This document shows positions 48,371 to 64,000 of a DNA stretch of 64,000 nucleotides, piece by piece. Position numbers and translations under genes: made by a program. This stretch comes from the human T2T-CHM13v2.0 reference genome, Homo sapiens. Where the stretch lies: the NCBI RefSeq assembly GCF_009914755.1, contig NC_060948.1. One strand, 5' to 3'. Within the stretch, counting starts at the first letter, position 1; each line of letters begins with the position of its first letter. Under the pieces are notes generated by a model, which was given only the letters and a program-made list of their open reading frames with translations, did not search any database and had not been told where the DNA came from.

Positions 48371-49167
48371 AGAGTGTCTTGTGCTGTCTCCAATGTCCTC
48401 ATCTGCTCTCATCTCCCAGAGACCCTGTGGGCATTGACCAAGGTGGTCCTACTGTGTTGCCACCTCCAGGGTCTTACCTTTCGCCAGGTGTGCCCACCTG
48501 GTGGCCGAATGGTGCAAATTGAAATAGTCTTTGCTCTCCGTTCCCTCATCTCTCTCTGTGTGTGTCCCTCTCTCTCTCTCTCTCTCTGTTTCTCCAGCAT
48601 GCTGGTCCTGTCCACACTACCCCATCCAGCCGGGTGGACCCCATTCTCATCCACTCAGCAAGGGAGGAAAGTGCTCACGTGAAAACAGGTGAGGATGTGA
48701 AGAGGGGCTTCGGAGCATGCAGCCAGGGCAAGAGGGTGGGCAGCACTGGGATGGAGCCCACGGCATTCTGTGGTCATCCCTGCACCTGCCTGGGGGCTTT
48801 GTCTGCATTCGCTCCTCTTCACCATCCACAACTTCTCACTCTTCCTCCATGTGGTACACATTTTCCTGCCCAGGAGCTGCTCCCTGAGCTCGGGATGCTC
48901 TCCCTCTAGATCCCTACATGGCTGTTACCTTCTTGTCCACACTTAGCAAGACCCACAATTGTTTGGTTCAGTCTTTGGGGGCAGCTGTCTCCTGAGCAAG
49001 ACCAGCTCTCTCAAGCCTAGAATGTGAGTCAAGGAAGCAGCCAGGAGCTGAACCAGCAGCACTAAAGCTACATCCGCCTCTTCCCAGGAAACGATGGTTT
49101 AGAATCATCCTTGTGCACCTGCCAGGATCATTAGACTCAAAACATAGACAAAGAAAAATCATAAGTG

Positions 49168-49758
<591 letters not shown>

Positions 49759-49954
49759 TATTGAAGTAAGACGTGTCCGCTGGGAATAGGCCATCAATGC
49801 ACGCACTTTGAGAACCCGAAACCCAGGAAGGTTTTCTCTGTGCCTCATTCTGTCTTTCTGAAACAACTCTGCCCAAATGGGAAGGCATCGGGGTCGGGGT
49901 AAAGTCACACACACACAAGCAGGGCTGGGTTTGGGGTGTGGGAGCCATGGATGG

Positions 49955-50307
49955 TGATAGGGTTTGGCTGTGTCCCCACCCAACTCTCCTCTTGTATTGT
50001 AGCTCCCACCATTCCCATGTGTTGTGGGAGGGACCCAGGGAAGGGAATTGAATCATGGGGAAGGGGAAAGGGGAAGAAGGGGGTCTTTCTCGTGCTATTC
50101 TCGTGGTAGTGAATAAGACTCACAAGATCTGATGGTTTTATAAAGGGAGGTTCCCTGCACACATGTCAGATGTGCCTTTCGGCTTCCGCCGTGACTGAAG
50201 GGCCTCTGCAGCCCCATGGAACTGTGAGTCCATGAAATCTCTTCCTTTTGGAAATCACCCAGTCTCAAGTAACGTCTTTATCTGCAGCATGAACACAGAC
50301 TAACACA
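49955..50307 (+). mobile_element. THE1 solo LTR
   Basis: tgatagggtttggctgtgtccccaccc...gtgaataagactcacaagatctgatggttttataa...agactaacaca. Confidence 0.88.
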
Positions 50308-50329
50308 GCTGGGTTTTAAAAGTCCTCTC

Positions 50330-51457
<1,128 letters not shown>

Positions 51458-51615
51458 CCGTCAGATCTTGTATTTGAATGTGCACCTCATCCTCTCACTG
51501 TGAAGAGGTATTTTCAGTTACACATAGTGAAGTGGACAGGAGCTGCGATGTAGCTGCTTTCTGCCCTTTTTCTCTTTGATGATCTTTGAGGGAAAAGAGT
51601 TAGGGACAAAATTTA

Positions 51616-51652
<37 letters not shown>

Positions 51653-51780
51653 ATGAAAACCACGATTCTTCTTTTCTTGTAATCCCAGCTCTAAGCAGAT
51701 TTAATGGCCCTGTTATTGCTGAGCGAAATTAACTCCTTATGAAACAACTTACAAAGCGCCTTTGTAGATTCCATTTCTGA

Positions 51781-52788
<1,008 letters not shown>

Positions 52789-53007
52789 TTAGCCTGACAG
52801 GCAGGATACTTACCATCCGAGTGGTAACTGAGATGAAACGGGGGGTGGCGGGGGTAACTGAAGTGCAACCAGGAGGTCGTCGAGCTGAGAAATGGGAAGA
52901 AAAATGAGAAGAAATATATGAAGGGAAGCTGCGGTTTAGGAGCAAATATCTGGCCCTCACGTCAGATGTATATGCGACTCGCGGCAAGTTTATATATATC
53001 TAGAAAA

Positions 53008-55920
<2,913 letters not shown>

Positions 55921-56068
55921 CCTGGGACCCCAGGATGGGGCTGAGAGGGTATTTTTAGAAGTTGGCCGTGCTTACATTTTTGAGGAACCTATGACTTTTT
56001 TTGGTTGACTTTATTCCTTTTTATTTAAATTTAAAAACACTTCAAAGTACAAAAATACAAGTGCTTCA

Positions 56069-57299
<1,231 letters not shown>

Positions 57300-57399
57300 T
57301 TATCTTGCAAGATTGCCTGTTGTATTTTTGTTTCGATAGCTCACTTGTTACCCGCTGATGTTATATTGTGTCTCTTTCTCCAAAGTATACATCGCTCTT

Positions 57400-58905
<1,506 letters not shown>

Positions 58906-58994
58906 TGATGATACCTATTTTCCTTTTCAAAAGAGGTGGGGTTATTGATTTTAAAAAGAAAGACCTGGGAAAAAACCGACTTGGATGTTTTTCT

Positions 58995-61045
58995 GTTTGC
59001 AGGATGAGGTTATAAGGCGGGAATTGACTCTGGAGGCAGGGCTTGGACCCTGGACCAAACTGGGAACCAACTGAAATACAGCTGGGGTGTAAGCCCCCCT
59101 CCATCGCACACACCCAGCAGGGTGCAGGTCCAGGTATCGTTGCCATGGCAACACGCCGGAAGTACCGCCCCCTTTCCATGGCAACGACCCGGAAGTTGCC
59201 ACTCTTTCCCTAGAAATTGCTGTAGAGGGCCGGGTGCGGAGGCTCACGCCTGTAATCCCAGCACTTTGGGAAGCCGAGGCAGGTGGATCACGAGGTCAGG
59301 AGTTCAAGACCAGCCTGGCCAAAATGGTGAAACGCGGTCTGTACTAAAAATACAAAAAAAAAAAAAAAAAAAAAAAGAAATTGCTGTTGCATAACCCGCC
59401 CCTTCATTTGCATGTAATTAGCAGCGGGTATAAATAAGACTGCGGGACCGACTCTGCAAGCTCTGCAAGAAACAGCACCTTGCTGGGCTCAAGTGACCCT
59501 CCCACCTCAGCCTCTAGAGTAGCTGGGACTACAGGCAGGTGCCACCAGGTCTAGCTATTTTTTTTTTTTTTTGTATTTGCAGAGACAGGGTTTTGCCTTG
59601 CGGTGACCCGAGATCGAGCCACTGCACTCCAGCCTGGGCAACAAGAGTGAAACTGTGTCTAAAAAATAAAATAACATAGCATAACATAACATAACGTAAC
59701 ATAACATAACATAACATAACATAACATAACATAACATAACAAACACAATAAAAATAAAATAAAATAAAAAATAAAATATAAAATAAAATAAAAAATAAAA
59801 ATATAAAAATAAAATAAAATATAAAATAAAATAAAATAAAAAATAAATATATAAAAATAAAATGAAATATGAAATAAAAAATAAAATAAATAAAATATAA
59901 AATAAATAAATAAATAAAATATAAAATATAAAATAAAATAAAATGTAAAAGTAAAATAAAAAATAAAATAAAATAAAATAAAAATATAAAAATAAAATAA
60001 AATATGAAATAAAAAAATGAATAAAATATAAAATAAAATAAAATATAAAAATAAAATAAAATATAAAATAAAAAATAAATAAAATATAAAATAAAATATA
60101 AAAATAAAATAAAATAATAAAATAAATAAAATATAAAATAAAATATAAAATAAATAAATAAATAAAATATAAAATATAAAATAAAATAAAATGTAAAAGT
60201 AAAATAAAAAATAAAATAAAATAAAATAAAAATATAAAAATAAAGTAAAATATGAAATAAAAAATAAATAAAATATAAAATAAAATAAAATATAAAAATA
60301 AAATAAAATATAAAATAAAAAATAAATAAAATATAAAATAAAATATAAAAATAAAATAAAATAATAAAATAAATAAAATATAAAATAAATAAATAAATAA
60401 AATATAAAATATAAAATAAAATAAAATGTAAAAGTAAAATAAAAAATAAAATAAAATAAAATAAAAATATAAAAATAAAATAAAATATGAAATAAAAAAT
60501 AAATAAATAAAATATAAAATAAAATAAAATATAAAAATAAAATAAAATATAAAATAAAAAATAAATAAAATATAAAATAAAATATAAAAATAAAATAATA
60601 AAATAAATAAAATATAAAAAAATAAAATATAAAATAAAAAATAAATAAAATATAAAAATAAAATAAAATGATAAAATATAAAATAAAATATAAAATAAAT
60701 AAATAAATAAAATATAAAATATAAAATAAAATAAAATGTAAAAGTAAAATAAAATATAAAGTAAAATAAAATAAAAAATAAAAATATAAAAAAATAAAAT
60801 ATGAAATAAAAAATAAATAAAATATAAAATAAAATAAAATATAAAAATAAAATAAAATATAAAAATAAAATAAAATATAAAATAAAAAATAAAATATAAA
60901 AATAAAATAATAAAATAAATAAAAATATAAAATAAAATAAAATCTGCCATCTCACACTCCCGACTCACCCTGAATTCTTTCCTGGACAAAGCCAAGAACC
61001 CTCCCAGCCTAAGCGTTAATTTGAGGACCCACCTGCCCGACATCA
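58995..61045 (+). mobile_element. MER41C/E-like ERV1 LTR fragmented by Alu pieces and an AT satellite
   Basis: ccatggcaacgacccggaagttgcc...cctagaaatt; atttgcatgtaatt...ggtataaata; 3' end ctgaattctttcctgg...gccaagaaccctccc...acatca. Confidence 0.65.
59674..60942. repeat. (CATAA)n followed by a ~1.2-kb (AAAAT/AAAATAT)n array with higher-order blocks
   Basis: Nearly pure A/T; marker aaatgtaaaagtaaaata at ~59941, ~60189, ~60424 and ~60733. Confidence 0.95.
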
Positions 61046-61344
61046 GAGGCATACCTTGGTTGCAAAGGGTCCTAGAAAGAATACATTAAAGAAGGAGAGA
61101 GACTGGATATTTCACTCTGGGTCAACTCTTCGTTGCTGCTTGGAAGAGACCACATCACATGCCATGAATCCCAGGTGTCATCTGCAGAGACTGTAAAAAT
61201 ATGTCTGAGGGATCCCAAAAAAGTTAAACACAGAATTTCCACAGGACCCAGAAATTTCACTTCTAGGTGTATAACTGAGAGAATTCAAAACAAGTGTCCA
61301 AATAGATTTTGTCCTCGAATGTTCAAAGCCACATTTTTCTTACT

Positions 61345-62460
61345 GGGAGGCGTTATGTGTCCAATTGACTGGGCTCTGAGGTGCCCAGATATTTGGCTAA
61401 ACATGATTCTGGGTGTGTCTTTGAAGGTGATTCTAGGTGCTGTGATTTGGTCTTCCTAGGCTTTCGGACTGGAACTCACAGTACCAGCTTTCTTGGGTAT
61501 GAGGCCTTCAGATTCACAGGGGAACTCACACCGTCAGCTCTCCTGGGTCTCAGGCCTTCAGACTAAGATGGGAACACACACCCTCGACTCTCCTGGGTCT
61601 CAGGACTTCAGACTCAGACTGGAACTCACACTCTCAGCTCTCCTGAGTCTCAGGACTTCAGACTCACACTAGAACTCACACCCTCGGCTCTCCTGGGTCT
61701 CAGGCCTTCAGACTCACACTAGAACTCACACCCTCGGCTCTCCTGGGTCTCAGGCCTTACAGAACTCAGACCCTCAGCCCTTCCGGGTCTCAGGACTTCA
61801 GACTCACACTAGAACTCACACCCTCGGCTCTCTTGGGTCTCTGGACTTCAGACTCAGACTGAAACTCACACACTCGGCTCTTCTGGGTCTCGGCCCTTCA
61901 GGAACTCAGACCCTCAGCCCTTCCGGGTCTCAGGACTTCAGACTCACACTAGAACTCACACCCTCAGCTCTCCTGGGTCTCAGGCCTTCAGACTCAGACA
62001 GGAACTCACACCCTCAGCTCTCCTGGGTCTCAGGTCTTCACACTCACACTGGACTCACACCTTCGGCTCTTCTGGGTCTCGGCCCTTCAGGAACTCAGAC
62101 CCTCGGCTCTCCTGGGTCTCAGGACTTCAGACTCACACTGGAATTCACACTTTTAGCTCTCCTGGGTCTCAGGCCTTCAGACTCAGACAGGAACTCACGC
62201 CATCAGCTCTCCTGGGTCTCAGGCCTTCAGACTGGAACTCACACCCTTGGCTCTCCTGAGACTCAGGCCTTCAGACTCAGACTGGAATCCACACCATTTG
62301 CTGTCCTGGGTCTCCAGCTTGCTGACCTTGTATCCTAAAGTTTCTAACACTTCATATTCACTTGAGTCAATTCCTTATTAGATAGATAGATAGATAGATA
62401 CATACATACATACATACAGAATCTCTTGTTGGTCATGTTCCTCTGGAGACCCTGATTAAT
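61345..62460 (+). mobile_element. MLT2 LTR with an internal VNTR
   Basis: ttatgtgtccaattgactggg...gtgcccagatatttggctaaacatgattctgggtgtgtct and gttcctctggagaccctgattaat termini; (GATA)n(CATA)n at 62378-62417. Confidence 0.8.
61465..62320. repeat. VNTR, ~18 copies of a 50-bp unit (with 40-44 bp variants)
   Basis: gaactcacaccctcagctctcctgggtctcaggccttcagactc at ~61473, 61523, 61573, 61623, 61673, 61723 and onward to ~62286. Confidence 0.93.
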
Positions 62461-62461
62461 G

Positions 62462-63365
<904 letters not shown>

Positions 63366-64000
63366 GAGTATACTGATGGGGAAATAAGAGATTTAAAATT
63401 AAACACACCTGCTCCACTTCCCTCAACCCCAAGAACCGAGGCTGCCCGTCTCCTTTCCTTCGTGTTCTCCCTGCAGAGATGAGGCCGTAACAGAGAAGGC
63501 AGTTGTCACTGAGAAGGATCTCGTGGGCTGGAGGCGTTCAGCAGCGACGTTTTCCCGCTGTGATATCCCCATACCCCCTTCTTATTCTTGTGAGCCGAGC
63601 CATATCTTACGCTGGGCTTGATTCAAGACAAGTTCAGCTTGACAATTACAAAGGCAATGTTGGATGTTGTATTCGTGACAATGAGTGTTTCATAGGGTGA
63701 GACCGTCAGGCGCCTGGCGGTGACAGAATCACAGCGGATCACGACCTCAGCTGACATTGTAGGATTTCCGCCTGCTCACCGAGTTATAAAGAGGAGTTTT
63801 GGGTGGAAGAAATCACCCTTTTTTCTTTTCTTCCTTCAGTCGGGCGTTTCTGGCAGCCAGGGACCTCTTGTGAATGAAAGAAACGCTTTCCAACAATTGC
63901 GCTGTGTGTCTGTGACAAAAAAGACTCTGGGAGAAAAAGCTTTGCAGTTGACGTGGGCGCGGAGCACGAGGGCAGGCTTTGAAAGACTTCCCCAGCACGT

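Noticed and set aside
48488-48510. CTCF-like motif (minus strand GGCCACCAGGTGGGCA)
   Set aside because: Mismatch at the conserved C after the GG; cannot be supported without ChIP data
50195-50230. THE1 position that can carry the PRDM9 hotspot 13-mer CCNCCNTNNCCNC
   Set aside because: Sequence here reads gcctctgcagcccca and does not fit the motif
59529-61052. 507-aa and 466-aa minus-strand ORFs rich in F/I/L/Y
   Set aside because: Translations of the (ATTTT)n array; no stop codons arise in this low-complexity sequence

Overview
Primate (most likely human) non-coding genomic DNA with no supportable protein-coding exon or RNA gene. Every long ORF in the track traces to Alu, L1 or low-complexity sequence. 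The window is extremely Alu-dense, with many chimeric or internally duplicated copies. It also holds L1 3' fragments, an HERV-W LTR17 solo LTR, MER41-family, THE1, MLT and MST LTR pieces, long purine and AT tracts, and at least seven tandem arrays built by amplifying pieces of old transposons. Several short unique, TAAT/ATTA-rich islands look like conserved developmental enhancers. This overall style suggests a very high-recombination subtelomeric region such as PAR1 (Xp22.33/Yp11.3, possibly the SHOX regulatory desert). That placement is inference and needs a BLAT search. No new gene system is evident. The most unusual signals are: (1) a region-wide Alu variant (TAATCC>TCATCC) in about 22 Alu arms, (2) two templated-insertion scars copying nearby sequence, and (3) independent VNTR amplification of the same L1M segment. 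Repeat family names are from my recall of consensus sequences, and boundaries are approximate unless a TSD is given.
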